A stretch of DNA of 64,000 bases from Catajapyx aquilonaris (lineage: Eukaryota): the NCBI GenBank assembly GCA_000934665.2, contig KZ537973.1:124001-188000 (forward strand). The letters run 5' to 3'. A model generated the notes under the pieces. It was not told the DNA's origin. It searched no databases and worked only from the letters and a program-made list of their open reading frames with translations. Position 1 is the first letter of the stretch, and every line of letters begins with the position of its first letter. This document shows, piece by piece, positions 38,101-52,815 of this stretch. Position numbers and translations under genes: made by a program.

Positions 38101-41100
38101 AGCGGGGGAGAGTCCCAAGAGTACTGCAATTATTTAACCTCAGGCAATTTATACGTATGGAGATTCAAATCCGTGCTAATACAGATTTGAGTTTTTGACG
38201 ACCAAAAATCCGGGACAAAATGCCTAGAAACATCTGTCAGTCCGTCTGTCACTCGAGACTAATGGAAACCCCCACCGGCAACAATGGACCCGTCAGGATG
38301 CTGCTCAACATGTGTCACTCCCTCCTACGTTCCTCTCTTTTTTGAACGCTGCGTAAACACAGTATCAGAACCACCGAGGTTTCCTGTCGAGAGAGAAAAG
38401 GAATCCCCTGGAGGAATCTAGGGAATCACCGCGGGACAAGCATATAACGACATCAATCCGCGCGCCACATATTTAATATGGCCCTATCCTATATTGTGTA
38501 CTACACGAGGAATTTCCTGCTCATCGATCAGCAGAGGAGACGGAGCAGAGGCCTTTGGAATTCGGGAAACCATTGTTGGATAATATGAAACACACTCCCT
38601 TAGTTTTCTCGAGGCATTTTCCCTCCCCTGGTTGAAATGCTTCTGGGGGGTCATTAGCATGCTGAGTTAGTCCTTTAATCAAGTAGGAAACGTCTCAGTT
38701 GGAGCTTCGCATTTGTCTGCCACCGGCCAGGATGCCAGGGCTTTACATTCAGCTTAAATTTAACCTCCGCCATTAATTGTATTAAATATTTGCCCCCTCT
38801 TTTCCAACCGATTCTCTCTCTCTCTCTCTTCTCAAGGCCCCTGATGTTATATTTTTAGTTCAGCCACCAACGAATTTTTGCGCCGACTATTTTTTTTTTG
38901 CGTGCTATTTGGAATGCCCTTACCAGCGGAGCAGCTGTATGTGCCCCGACTGCATTGCATATTTCACACGCTGTAACTATTTCATCGCGATTTAATAATT
39001 AAACGGAACAGTAAATTACTCTTGAAATGAAAAATTGTGAAATGCCACCCGGGTATTACCTCGTTATTTATTATTCCATTGTGAGGACTAATTATTTAGA
39101 CATTTTGACACATATTGCTGTTTAATAAAACAACCGGGAATCAAACCCACAAACATCATGTGTCGTGTCCTGTAATTTGTCCCCAAACCGGAAGGACAAC
39201 CGAATGACTTGATCCTGGTGGTGGTGTCCCCTCCAGAAGTGCTCTCTTGGGAGGAACCGGGATCGATTCCCGGACCCGCCTCTCCCAGAAGGACACTTGG
39301 AGGCTGCTCGTAGACCGACACCTGCCCAATGAGACGCGCTTTGTGCAGCTTTGATTGCGCCACCGGATTAGGTCGTTTCTTTTGTGCACGTGAGTACACG
39401 GGGAGACACGAGCCAAGGGGACAAAAAAAAGGAAGGAAGGTTGTAATCGAGTGTGGCAACAACCGGCGTAAATCTTGTCCTGCTGGGCCCCGGAGTTGTA
39501 TGCCCGGAGTTGCGGAGAAAACTTTTGCATTAGTGGTCTGCGGTTGCCCGAATTAAGGGCCGGACCAAAATTGCATTCTGGTGGACTGGAAGAGGAGGAG
39601 ACATGCACTGGGGGAATCAGAGCCGGAGGAAGAAAACCTCCGGCTGAAATGCTCCGGTTTTGTAACCACATTATCCAAATGGCATTATTACTTCCATTGG
39701 AATGGGTTCCGACCAGAGATGAAGATTGATTCTGATGGACTACTCATTCGTATCCAGCAGTCATTTAAGTCAGGCATATGCCTAGACTCTCAAGCTTGCA
39801 AGATTTATATTTAATTATTACGGATTTACTTACGTATAGTAATTCGATACCAAAAATATTTACCGATATATTTTAATGCAACAATATGATGTAGCGATTT
39901 ATTAATATTTTCTTGATTGAACTTATTGTTAGATCTTATACCATTTTTCAATATAGGTAAGGGATTTTAACTACGAGTATATTTAGGTGCTCTAAAATAT
40001 TCATGTTCAGGCTGCATATTCTGTGTGAGCACAGGATATTTAAATAATTATGACTGACGAATTTACATTCCTTCAAAAGATTTACGCTGATAATAACAAT
40101 TCAGGTTGGGAATTTCGGGGGAATTCATAGTGATTCAGGAAAGTTTAAATTACGTAGTTTGCGCGGATTTTGTGTTAAATTCTGGGATTGAAGATGATCC
40201 CAATATTTTTGCTATCAGTCCAGTCTGAATGAATATTCCATGTTATGTGCAATATTTTTCTCGCCTAAAAAAGTGGTTTAAGAAATTTTCCATTTCATTA
40301 GAAGAGTTCAGATTTTGATCGAATGGCATCAGTATACCGATAAGTCCTCGTGCCACCATGTGCGACAAATTCAAGAAAAAAATCTCCGATCGCTACAGAG
40401 GTTACTGAAAACGCATTTCTCAAGACTCGTGTAAATCATGCTGGAAAGGATTTGTGCCGACTTTGCTTCCCCCCCTGATATCCTTCCATGCATCACAGCT
40501 TTCTGGTCATGTCTTCAGAAGCTTCACATCTCCTGATATTCTTCCAGCTCCTTTACGACTTTTGACTGGCGATGATATTTTGGTAACACCCCATGCATTA
40601 ACGGGCACTGTCATCGCACAAGGGTTGGTTGGAGGGGGATGGGTGTGTATATGTACGTGTAGAGCTCGATGGGGTGGCCCCGAGATGAGGAATGAAGGAT
40701 ATCCCTCTCGCTCTGGCTGGTTTGTAGTATCGACTAGTGCCAGACGACCTTGGCCGCACACGAAGACTGGTCTGGATGCTGCGCGATGGACCCCCGGCAC
40801 AGGGAGACTCCAAAACTATACAGAATAGGCCAGGCCCCTTCCTATAAGCGCAATGGTAATAAATTAATCCGTCAGATATGGATCGCTGGTTTGATCCCAA
40901 ATCGATATGCAATCACGCTCCGTTAATTTACCCATGTTTTTTTTTGGAGGGAACATCACCTGCACCGGAAGCTGCCACCGGATGTGGCCCTTATTTTTGG
41001 GTCGGTCCTGGGCCCTCCCTGGCATCAGGCCTTGTCACAAAACCGGGAGGGGAGGATGGGTCGGACTGGGTCGAAGGGTGGGAAATATTTTTTGGGACAT

Positions 41101-44100
41101 CCCTGTGGATGCTGCTGCAGCGGCGGGGGATCCTGCAGGAAAATGTGGCGCCGCATTCACTCACACAGCTGAGCAGACTTGGGATAGTGGCACAAATTTT
41201 CGTGGGGGGCGTTTCCAGTGATAATGTGGGCCAACACGTCTAGAGGCGACGGCAGGACGCCGGCTCAGGTACACTTTACATCTAACCACACCTTGTACTT
41301 TATGCTGGCCGCCATATTTTTTTCCCGCTTCTTTTTTCGACCCATAAACATGGCGGTCACTTCCAGTCAGGTTGCTTGGATAGTTATACACCTTGTTGTT
41401 TCTGTTCAAAAAAAATGTTTGTCGCGTGTGCCCATGGTTTTAAGGAAAAGGGCCAGGTGTGAGTTGTGGATGGGGGGCAGCAGGTGGCGGAAGTCCTTTA
41501 CCTGCCCAGCCTGGCCACATGCGTGCTTGTTCATTCAACAAGACGAATATTCCGTTTGTTTTCAACTGTCGGATCTCCTTTAGAGAAAACGCCAGTTTAT
41601 TTTTGTATACGGTTGGTTCCGACTTTAGGAATGTGCATTTGCAAATGAATGTAACGATTTGGAGTGGTAAAGTGCTGTACTATGCATATAATCACAGTTT
41701 GATAACATGTTGAATGCATGATTCGACACTCTGTCCCCTCCGAAATAAATAAATAAATATATATTTTATTCACTCGTACAAACTTGTAAAGTGCACGTGC
41801 CGTGCCTTATCATCGTGACTGTGTTTAAACATTTCGCATTTCAACTGGCCGTTCAGGGTGAGTTATTTTAGAGCGCAGCCTGTTAATAATTAATTGCCCT
41901 AGTTTCAGTGCATCTGCAGCACCGGAGTAAATTTAAGAGCTGAAAATTTGTGAGTAAAATATGCATATAAGTCTAGCTTTTTATACACGAAAATTACCTG
42001 TGCTGCGAAAGAGGGAAGGTAACATACCCTACATCAGTGTAAATTTAAAACGACGCGAATTGCAATTCTGAAATTGCCCAGTCAGACCCAGTTTTGCGAA
42101 TAAAAACGGTCTCTTTTATTTCCGTGGCTGCTCTGCGCCCCACCACATGTGAACCTGAAACGTGCCCTAGTTCCAAATATAGGCATCGTATATCTGTCGT
42201 GACCATCGACCCTTGCTTCACGACATCGTATCTGGTCTCCCAGCACAACTCATGAAACAGTCAGCATGTTTGCCCAAGTACGACCCGGACCCCACTCAAA
42301 ATAATCAATTATTTGTCGTGTGCCAAAATTGGCCAAATTGATTGCCAGCCATGAGCCAAATGGATTCGATCATGTTGGAATAAATTGGCTCACCCTCCCC
42401 ATGCATATATGCCCAGGGATGCGCATCAATGTTGCATCTGCATAATGTCTCTGGTGCGGGGCCCCACTCTTGTGACCTGGTAACCGTGACATATTGCAGA
42501 TGTGCCACCATCTGGAAACCCTGGCTGGGTGTGGCAGAAAAGGTTCTTCTTCAGAAGACCAGAACTAACAAGGGAGCTCTTTAAACTAATGAGGCGTTTC
42601 TTGATGGCTCAGTTTCGTCAAGGAGCGATGCTGGTATCTTCTGGTCGATTCAGTGAGATTCTACACGGTGAAACTCTACTCACACGCATCTTTAAATTTC
42701 GGCAACGCTGCCTCTTCCTGACTGTGGTACCATATCTCCCTCATAGATGGCGCATCTTATCTGCACAGAACTGATGACTCATCGCGGACAAACAGAGGCA
42801 CATGCTGCCCCACAAATTCTTTTTATGATGAACCCCGGCCGATATTGTTTTGGAGCTAAAAACTGATGCTTTTGTTGGCGCCTAAACCCATTGATCTCTC
42901 CCAATCCGGAATCAATTATTGGCTGGGATCTGGGCTCCAAACCCTGCCAGCCCTGTCCTATACTACCCCCGGAGTGACTCAGATAAGGGGATTAGAGCCT
43001 TGAGCCCAACTTTTCATCCCTTCATATTCGAGCAGGATGGGGGGGAATTAGAATGACAAATGTCTGCCTTCAGGTAACTGGAGGAGCCAAAGGGCGTCGT
43101 CGGTTATGGTGTCCCCAGTTGGGTCTTCTTGGAGATTATATTCTGCTGGTGTAACAGGGTGTTTCGTTACGATTCAGACCACCTCTAACGAAGGAGGAAC
43201 TATACTGTACTGTACGTACAGTATACCCCTCATGTTGAACTGTGGACTGAGCCTGTTGTATATACCCGCAGTAATCCCGTCGTAACAGTCGTGTCGACGG
43301 GACGGACCGAAATTTTTACGACTGGTTTTTGCAAACCGTAGAATGTGCCACCGTTAGGAATTATGCGGTTGTAAAGCGTCGGTTTTCATAGGGCGAGACA
43401 TGCTCCCAGGTGCTCATTACTTCAGAAAGCATATTACAATCTTGCTCTTTTTTTTTACAGAGGGCTGGGTGTTTCGCGAGGATGTAATTTTTATAATGCA
43501 TCTCTGAAATATGGCCCGGATTTTTCATGGCTTATAGAGGCTGGAAGCAAGGACGAAAACTGAAAGATGATGTGGCAGCTCATGTATTGTGTCTCCTGAT
43601 GAAAAAAAAGCAGTGTTAGCCCAGTGGCCAATATTTGTCACGAAGGTCACATGCGTCGTATCTACACCAACGCAACGTCCTAATTCCATCCCATCAAGCG
43701 CATCTGCTTAGAGTCATGCTCGATCCCACGTCTTTGCCTCCGGAGACCAGACGACGTGAATGGCTAAAGAAGAGAGAAGTCAGCTTCTCCTGGCTCCCAG
43801 AGATCGTTTTGAGCAGTCTGGGAGCTAATCAATCTGAGGCCTCGAGCTTGTTCTCCACCAGTCCCAGACAGGAACCCACTTCCTCCACCACCAGAGAAAA
43901 TCATGTCTGGAGACGGGGCCACCAAATCACTGCTGATAAGGACACCCAGTCGTTCCTTGCCTACTGACAGACAATGCGAGGCTTGTCTTTTCTCCCAGCA
44001 AAAATAAAGCGAGCCATTTTCTCTCCCGATTTCGAACCTAACCCCAAGTACTACAACCCGTTTAATCCCTTTCGTCTGAATATAGACCGGCCCATGCATA

Positions 44101-44993
44101 GCTAGTTAAGGGAGAAGCCAATTTCCTAAAATGGCTTCCATTTTCGTGTTGCTGAAATCGTAGTGTGCACTAGTCCAATGGTCGTGCGTTGCTGTGGAAG
44201 AGAGAGAGGATAACCTGTAGGGTTATGGGAAGAGGGGAGACTAAGACTAGGAAAGGATGGTGTATGGTGCCTTGCCCGTATTGATTGGAGCAAAGTGTAG
44301 GAGAGAAAAGGGGGAACTGGCAGCAAAGTAAGGACCTTGCTGGCTGGCACAGGATCGATTTTTATATTTAGCACGCGCGACATGCACTTGTACAAGGCTG
44401 GAGGGGGGGAGGGCTGGATGGAGGGCATGGCCAAATGGGCCAAAATGCCTCCCCACCTGGATCTATCCCTCTTGGTCCACATTTGGCACGCGATTTGCCA
44501 GCTCATCCAACAATGCGAATTTGCTCCCTTGACAGCCAGAAATTTTTGCAACAAACGCTTCCGGTTGACGACTTCTGGCAACTGCATGAACTGATGCCAA
44601 CTGTTACTGTCGCAAATAGCTTGTCACATTAGGTTGAATTGTAGCAGTTGTATATATTAGAATATTTAGGAGTGAGATGTTTTAAAATTGGCGCGTGGCC
44701 ATTTGTAATAAGGATCGATCAGTCACGTCAGTCTTTAAATGGTGCGTTTATTTGTCCTGACGGTCTCCGTGACGTCAATCACTCTAGGGAGATACCATTG
44801 TACCCGGTGTGACTGATCGTTATTGACATAAAAAGTTCAGCAGGTTCTTTGAAACTTTCTGTCTGTCAGTGTGTGGCAAGCGTATTCCAACTTTTCGAAT
44901 CATATCGCGGTCAATAGCATCGACGAAATTTTGTACAGTATTTCGCTTCAGGACAAATTCGTCTCTTGTCTGACATAATATCTGGTTGAATTA

Positions 44994-45140
44994 CCGTATT
45001 TGATGGCATATAAGACGCACTTTTTTTCCTCAAAAAATCGTCATTTTGCGTCTTATATGCGAAAATACATTAAAAGCTTTTTTTTTCCCTGAATATGATC
45101 TGTTGAAATGGAGGTGCATCAGATATGGTAAATTCCGATA
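44994..45140. mobile_element. Degraded Tc1/mariner-type MITE
   Basis: ta|CCGTATTTGATGGCATATAAGACGCA ... TGCGTCTTATATGCGAAAATAC inverted repeat. Confidence 0.5.
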
Positions 45141-47252
45141 TTGATTACATAGTTGTTGATTGAAATTTTAATTTTAATTACACGGGAATACCTGGTACAA
45201 TCGTATTATTATGATGATGACCACTACTTAATTTTTAAAACCCAGAAGTTCACATGGAAATCATCAGAAGGCGGGAAAAAGGGGCACAGATTCGAATCTG
45301 CTTATTACGAAAGACTTGGCAGCCGTTTAACTTTTGGGCCTGGTTTTCTCGCCAAATTTCCGCAGTGACTGTAGCTCGACCCTGACGATTAGCATTCTGT
45401 CGCAATTTTCCAGGAGTCGCTAACCAAGGCAGGAAACATATTTTTTTTCGGGCATATATCCTGCTATAGAGGCGACCCTGGCGGCCTGAATAGCAATTCC
45501 GCATAAAGAGAGGCGCGGGCCTTTTAATTGCTCCCGATTAGTGTCAGCAGTGCGACTTGACGGGTTGGCCTCCTAATTATCCTGCCATTCGTCTCCAAAA
45601 ATATGGGGGCGGAGTGACTTGGCACCTCTCCAGCACCCTCTGTTTCTCTCGCCACCCCAACCCCCACCCACAATGCCTTTTCCTCACTTCAATGTGGACG
45701 TTTTGAACCGCAGTCTCCAGAGCTGGAGGGATTTTGGGCATACCACGACTTTGGAACCCGGACAAGAAAATTTCGCACGTACTTTGGATCTTTTGAACTG
45801 GACTACGTCAACTTTCTTGATCCCTTCAAAAGCACAGGGTGATTCAGTCAGCGATTTTTAAAAAAGAAGAGCTTTTTCCTGTTGGACTCGGCCCATACTA
45901 TAAAAGACAGGCCACAGGCTATGATTCTCGTTTCAACCCAGCTTTTAGTTGCCTGTGTGAGATGAAATTAGCGACGCAGCAAGCCCGATATAAAAGCAGT
46001 GTTCAAAAAGCAGTAACACGAGTCAGATGACCAGCAGTAGTAAAATTATACGTCCCGCCAGAGGCATAAATGGGGGCAGTTATAGTGTTGGAAGAGCACA
46101 AAAGGGGGTTGCTCTAAAAGCGATAAGTCTGAGAGCTGGCCAGGTGCGAAGAGAAAATCAAATATCAGTTAACTCCGTTGATGGGAGAAATTAACCTTAG
46201 ATGAAGGCCAGTTTACTATGGAAACCCTGCTGAGTGTGCTTATGATTTTGAAATATTTTTGAAATATTTGAAACGATGTATCCAGCAGTAAATCAGGGTG
46301 ATTTTTTTGTCTTCATATAAGGGCATGATAATTAATTGAGACCACACACATGAGTGTTTACCCTTGTTAATCCAGTTACATCTGCGTGCATCGGGGAATC
46401 GCCAGATCACCATGTGGAACAAAACATTAATATTCCAATTAAGGACCCGGACTGCAACACTCAAAACAATGATTGGTTACACTGCACCGCTCTATGTACC
46501 ACTCTGATTGGTTAATTGGAACGTTCGTTTCTGATTATCCCCCGACTCATTTAGCACAATCTGCTAGCGACGGTTTTCCACAGTAAAATCCTCCAAACAA
46601 CATAACCCCCACAATTGGATTGCCCAAATTAAATTTTTAATGCGATCTAGTCTCGCTCCTAAATAAGTAATCATCTCCAGTCAGGCCAGACCTGTCCTAT
46701 TTAATCCTAGCAGTTCTTCAGCCTTCAAGCCCGGAAGTGAGCTTGATGCACACCCTGTACATACTTCAGGCTGTCTATTTCTGACGTAACCAAATTTTGT
46801 GTAAAGTGGGCGTGATCACCATAAGGATCCCTCTTCTGCTTTTATGGGCCTCTAAAAAGGCGAGCATCCAGGGGAGTTTTGAAGAAAAAAAAATGAAATG
46901 CCCATACCCGATAACCCACACCTAATCAGAATAAAGTTATTGAATTATTGAAACGACGCCAATACTTGGATTAGATCCTGGTGCTCAACCGACCTTCCTT
47001 CTGGCCCCCTCTCCCCAAGGGCCCATTTTTTGCCTGCTCGATCTACTCGTGCGTAGTACAGTATTACTCCAAAAAATAGGTCACTCGGTTTGGGTCACCA
47101 GACACAAGAACCTATGGCTGATCGGATGAAGATATTGGCTTCCCTTCTATAGCCATCAAATCCTAATGATCATCAGCTACTGAATATACTATAAATGTTA
47201 ATAAGGTGTGTTGTAAATCAGTAGCCTAGTAATAAAATAAATTGTCAGCGCA

Positions 47253-47400
47253 GTGACTCATCACCAACGTGCATATAGTACTTCTTCCCCTCTGAGAGCG
47301 GCAGGAGTGTGTAGAGAGGAAGAGTGCTCCATCTATGTGTATGGTATGTTACTACATGGACAGTCGGGGATTCGGGCAGTTTTTTGCCAAGTTTTAGCAA
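47253..47400 (+). repeat. Dispersed repeat, copy 1 of 3
   Basis: gtgactcatcaccaacgtgcat.tagtac...ctgagag.ggcaggagtgtg.agag; also at about 48308 and 63790. Confidence 0.7.
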
Positions 47401-48307
47401 GGAGTTTACTATAGTAAACATGAAATAAATAAATAATGGACACTACGAAAATAGATGAAAAAGAATGTTTGTGAACCGGAAGCCACCCATAAAACTGTAT
47501 CCCCCGGATCCATACACCAAAGGGTAGGGGTTGGAGGTAATTTTGAGTATTTAGGACCGGTCCCAGTTGGGGTCCCTGATCTTCTGAAGGCCACGATGAC
47601 TTACAATCCTTCGCAGCCAAAGAGCCTCTCGAGCAAGTTGGAATGGTCCATGAAAAGACGGCCTCCCCCTCTTTCCCTCCAAAAGCCAGCCTCCACTAGA
47701 AGAGCCCCAGATATATGAGTGACTGGCTAGCCAGCAATTTGAGCCGGGATGAAACGGGCTCTCATTAACCCCCCCCCCCCTCTACCCTTATAGCCAACCC
47801 CCCTCCCCCTACTTCTTCTCTTTAAAGCATTTGCGCGCGGGTTCGGAATGCTCTGGCTGTCCAATGAATTGGAAGCCTCCTTTTCCGTCCATTCAGACCC
47901 TGCCCCTATTTGCTATTCCGGCTTAGAATACCGCTAAAACCGGAGCCAGACAATTTCCACTCTCCAGGGAGGAGAGGGAGGAGAGCAATGTAATTCTGCA
48001 AGTTTCGATTGTNGGGGGGGGGGACTGTAATAATAATAATTGGAGCAAAAGTTGAAGGGAAAGGGCCGTGTTATTTCAACAATGCGAATATTGAACCCAA
48101 ACTTTCCCCCTGGATATTGGCAGGAACCGACCGGTACAGACTGAGTCAAAATGTTGGCCAGTTCAGACCGTGTTTCATTATTATCGTATTATCATATACA
48201 GAATTCACAATATGTAAACAAGTTGACTCATCACCTAGATAGTAATGATCATGCCTTTCACGTTCCCCATTCGCAATTAAAAGACAGAGTAGTATAGCGC
48301 CCGGGTG

Positions 48308-48378
48308 TGACTCATCACCAACGTGCATGTAGTACCGCTTTCTCCCTGAGAGTGGCAGGAGTGTGCAGAGGGAGAGCC
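48308..48378 (+). repeat. Dispersed repeat, copy 2 of 3
   Basis: Aligns to 47253-47325. Confidence 0.7.
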
Positions 48379-50784
48379 TATACGCCAACTGGTACTGGCC
48401 TATCGCATACTACGCCCAAGTTGTGGGGCGGGGGCAAGCAGTGTTGCCAAAATTTGGCAACGGATCCGCTACTAGTTAATAATAATTTCTATGGCGTATG
48501 ATTTTCGTGTAAAGCTGTCAACGCCTGACCTGTGGCGATCAAATCCGGTTATTTTTAACGCCATTTACGATCATCGCCGTTATGTTCCTGATTCGCGTGC
48601 AGTCTACTTACGATAATGAATGACCGCATTCAGAGTGTGCAACAGGGTACGCAAAAATTGGGCGTGTTGGGAATGGAGGCCAGTTAGAGAACGTAATCCT
48701 CCCCCACCATTCTTTTGAAAATTCCAGGCAGTTAGAGGGGGGATATGGGCGTGCAGCGTTCAGCACCGGATTGTGTATTATTAAAAGAGAATTTGAGCAG
48801 GCTCCGGGTAGAGTGAGGGAGGAAGAAGAGTCCTCTCGGGATGGATATGGCTCCAGATGCTCCTCGCAAACTATAGTTAGCTGTTATGTACCCGCTGGCG
48901 CCCTTTTTTTTTCGGAAGGCAACAAATGCTTCCGGAGTTAGGCAGTTTGTGGGATGCGGCACGAGTGTTGGAGCATAAGGACCTCAAATGGCGTCCCCCC
49001 TCAGAACTGTGTCACTTACACGTCCAGAAGTAAACAGGAGCAGGCCTATATCATTTGGTAGCTTTAGGCATGGCATTACCAACCCGTAGTCACGAATTGA
49101 TCATCTGATTGCATGTCAACATGGAGCAATTCTGTTGGCAATAATGGAGAGTTATACCAGTAGGCTGGCATGTAATCAGATAATCAGTTTGTATCTGCGA
49201 GTTGGTAGTACTGTAATTGGAAACTAAATAGGGCATCGGGTCCATTACGGTGTAAATGACCTAAATTGCAGTGTATGCACCCACAGGTTTCTATACAGGC
49301 AGCAGCTTCCTTGTAACGTTACTGTGAGGATCTCAAGATGCGCTAAAGCTTCCTTAAAAATTAATGAACCATGAGCAAGTTGAATTTTCCAAGTGCCACC
49401 CCCGCGGGTGTAATTACACGGCGGCTCCTTAAGCATATACTGTAGTAACTATACAGGTCTACCGGGAGGACGTCGAATGTTACATCTGGTAATCTCATTT
49501 GTAAGCATAAAAATTGTAATTTTTCCCGCGAATTTATACCACTGTTTGTATATACATTTTAAAACCCCACAAGTTATGGTACATGGGCAGTCGAATCCCC
49601 GAATTTTGTAATTTTGTAACCGAATTGTTAACCGAATTGTTAACCGAATAGTTGAATGAACCGAATTTTGTAACACAAGTGACCTAAAAATGTTGTCTCC
49701 ACACAATCTGCCTTTTTTGTGGATTTTATGGGACCGCATGAGTTTCGCATAGGGAAATTGCGGATTTAAGTTGGTCGCAGTTTCGCGACATGAGTGCCTA
49801 CAAAGTTTGAGCGAGCTTCAAATGTCGTTCCCAACAGGAAGATGCGATTTCACGTCAATTTATGGGGTTGTATTGGTCCCAGAACCAAGCATTTTACCTA
49901 CTTAATGATATTAACCAGCCCATTACACCTGATGAGATGGCATATTGTGACGTGTCGTGAGTTTCACTGAATATTTTTGCTATATCGCTTCCAGATTGTG
50001 CTAAGATCCTCAGCATGCACTGTACGACAGGTGAGCACTTGGCACGAGCTGATCGACACTGACATTACCTTCGATCAAGTCGTAACTAATTTTAAAGCAC
50101 CGCTCAACTTTACGTCAGGAGAAGCGGAGGAGGAAAAAAAAAAAGAGCGCAAAAACTTTTATGGTGGAAGCCAGGTCGTTAATAGAAAATAGCGATTTTT
50201 AGTGCCGCATCTTTTAGGCTAGAGCGTGTAATAACTCGCAGCAAAGTCACCGCCTGTTGATTGGTGGAGGAGAGAGTCAGCGGGTCATTTCCCGCTGACA
50301 CAAAACGCGGCAGGCATTTAGGTGATTATCTCGCCGGCCGCGGGATCTAATTTGTACAGTTGATGAGTATAGCTTGGTGAGGCGTCCCATGTCGCGCTCC
50401 TTCAACCCCCTCCCCGGATACCCCCCCGGATTATAATGCAAACCAGAGCCGTCAGAAGAATGCAAGGGACCGTCCCACCTCTCCCGCAAATATTGATCAT
50501 GGCGCCCATTTGGGTAATTTCACGCTCTTGTGCGCGACCCCGCCCCTTTTCGCGCCCAGAATATGGTGTCGCCAACAACACCCTTTCTCTCTGTCTGGTA
50601 TTTTTTTTAGAGCGGTCCCGAGTTGTTTATTCCGGGTGGGCAAATTCCCCCGTGCGGTGACAGGGGACAGTTGTTGTGTCGCAAATTGGACACCGAGGGA
50701 GGTATACACCGCAAATTTTTTTTATTGCCCAAAAGTACTAAAAAAAACACAGTGGATTTGGAGCCCCCTCCTCCTCCCCATGGC

Positions 50785-52815
50785 TTAGCAAAGGATCATG
50801 ATGTCGTAGTTGTGATTGTGGAGCGATTGTTGCAGCAGACGCACTTCATGTCTGATCCCGTCGTCCTTCGTGCTGAAGACGAATCTCTGGAGGCCTGTGC
50901 AGTTGTTGAGAACCAAGTGTATGAAGTTCATGTCCATGTGGTCGCATGGAGGGAGATGCAGCTCCCTCAGGTGGACCATGCGGTTGTAGGCCGCCAGTAT
51001 GTGAGCGAAGGTGGGCAGCACCGAGTCGAAGCTGACTCCATGAATGTTGAAGAGGGTCAGCAGGGTCAGATTGACCGCATGTCGCAGGCACAGGGGGATC
51101 AGAAGCTCGGGATTCCAGTACGAAGCTCGGACCTTCAGCTCTCGCAGTTGGGCGAACGGCTTCTCCTTCCACCAGCTCATGTCGTACGCACTGACCTGCT
51201 CTATCTCGTCCATGTAGTAGGACCTCAACTCCAGGTCCTGCAAGTTGGGACAGGCCTTTCCCAGGAGGGACAGCTGCCTGGCGTGACCATCGTCGTTCAG
51301 GCGGATGGTCAGGGCGGTCAAATGCGACCCTTTCAGCTCCAAGAACCTGCACATACTGAAGGGGTCAGGCGCATGCAGGACATACACATGGAGTCGGCTC
51401 AGGGTCAGGTCGCTCGAGTACAATACTTTCCATGCTTCTGGAGGAACCTGCAGAGTAACCCTCCGATTACTAAAAACCCATCGCAACGTGCCCTGGTCCC
51501 CCAAAAGAACAAAAGAGAACCTTGCCCTTTCTGCGCTGATTTCCATTTCTGTGAGTCGAGGGCAGCGTCTGGCCACTGCCTCCAGATTGTCCGCGATGGG
51601 CTCGGTCACCCACATCTCCCTCAGATCCAGACTGGCCCCTTCCAGCCACTCCTTGTTCTCTCTTATGATGGAGCCCATCTGACGGTACCACACGAACCGG
51701 AGGCACGGAAGGTGCTTCAGAAGTTGCAGGAGCACATGGCGGATCATGGAGTCACGGTCTTGCAACATGGAGTCACGGCACCTGCAAAGGAAGCTCGCTA
51801 AATAGAAAAATCCGCACAAAAATCTCTCTCTCCCCTTTTGAGCATAGAAGCAGCACGTGCTGGAGAAAAGGAGCGGACGATTTCAATGGCGAATCGACGA
51901 CCTCGCAAATATTGACCCGGCCTTTTGCATTGAATTTCCAGACGCGCCATGTTGACTCTGCTTCTCTCTTTTTATATATATATTTTTTTCGGAAACGGGT
52001 GTGGGTGGATTGGGTGGAACTGCTGGAGTGATATAAAAAGCCCCAAAGAGGACAATGGATGTCGCGAAAAAAGGATTTGGGGGGGAACCTGGCAGGGGAA
52101 CTGATTGGATTTGAATTTTGGCCAGGATGTGTCGAGCAGGGTATTTGCAAACCTGCACTCGTCCTTAAATCCGTGGTAGTGTGGGAGGTCCAGTCGTTGC
52201 AGTTTGATGCAGTTTAGCAAGCACAGGAGGGACGTCGTGCTGGCCCTGCAGGCGTGATAATCACACTGGCTGCACCGAAGCTCCTGCACAAATATGCGGT
52301 CACCATAAAGATGCGGATTATTGTATTATGTGTAGGCTGACCTTCAAGTTTGGACAGTAGTCTCCGATGGCCTCCAGCACCTTATCCGAGAGACCCCAGT
52401 TGGGTAGCGTGATCGACTGCAGGTGGTCCATCCTGGAGATGTGGTCTACGAAGAATGGGTGCATGTCGTCTTTGGAAGGCAAGTGTGTCCCCCACATGAA
52501 GTCCAGCCTGACTGACCTGAGCCTAGGATGGAAGAGGCAGGCCAGGAGAATCCTGGGGTCCAACTTGCTGGCCATGTTCCGGATGTTCATGAAGTTGAGC
52601 TTGTCGTCGTGTGTCCGCTGCCACATCAGGAGGGCCAGGACGTCCGGCAACTGACCCACGGTCCTTTTGGACAGGTCTCGGCATCGCTTCCTGCAGGCGC
52701 TCTCGTCCCAGGGACCTGCATCCTCCTGGAACTTGGCAGCGAAGTTGATCATGACCTCGCATGCCTTGTCCAGGGCTAGCTGGAGGAGGAGGGGGCATTG
52801 CTTCAAAGGAGGCAT
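50785..52815 (-). CDS. Leucine-rich-repeat (RNI-like) protein, 533 aa, nested antisense in brp intron
   Basis: Exons 52815-52342, 52283-52153 and 51781-50785; GT-AG, 1602 nt in frame. Repeated LxxLxL units (CPNLKELRC, LQRLDL, CPRLTEMEI, CPNLQDLEL, LRELKV, LRELHL). Confidence 0.85.

Noticed and set aside
39200..39285. B-box-like gggatcgattcccgg as tRNA or SINE
   Set aside because: No cloverleaf or clear A box.
50623..51801. 392-aa + strand ORF
   Set aside because: Antisense shadow of the LRR gene's GC3-rich exon; no recognisable motifs.
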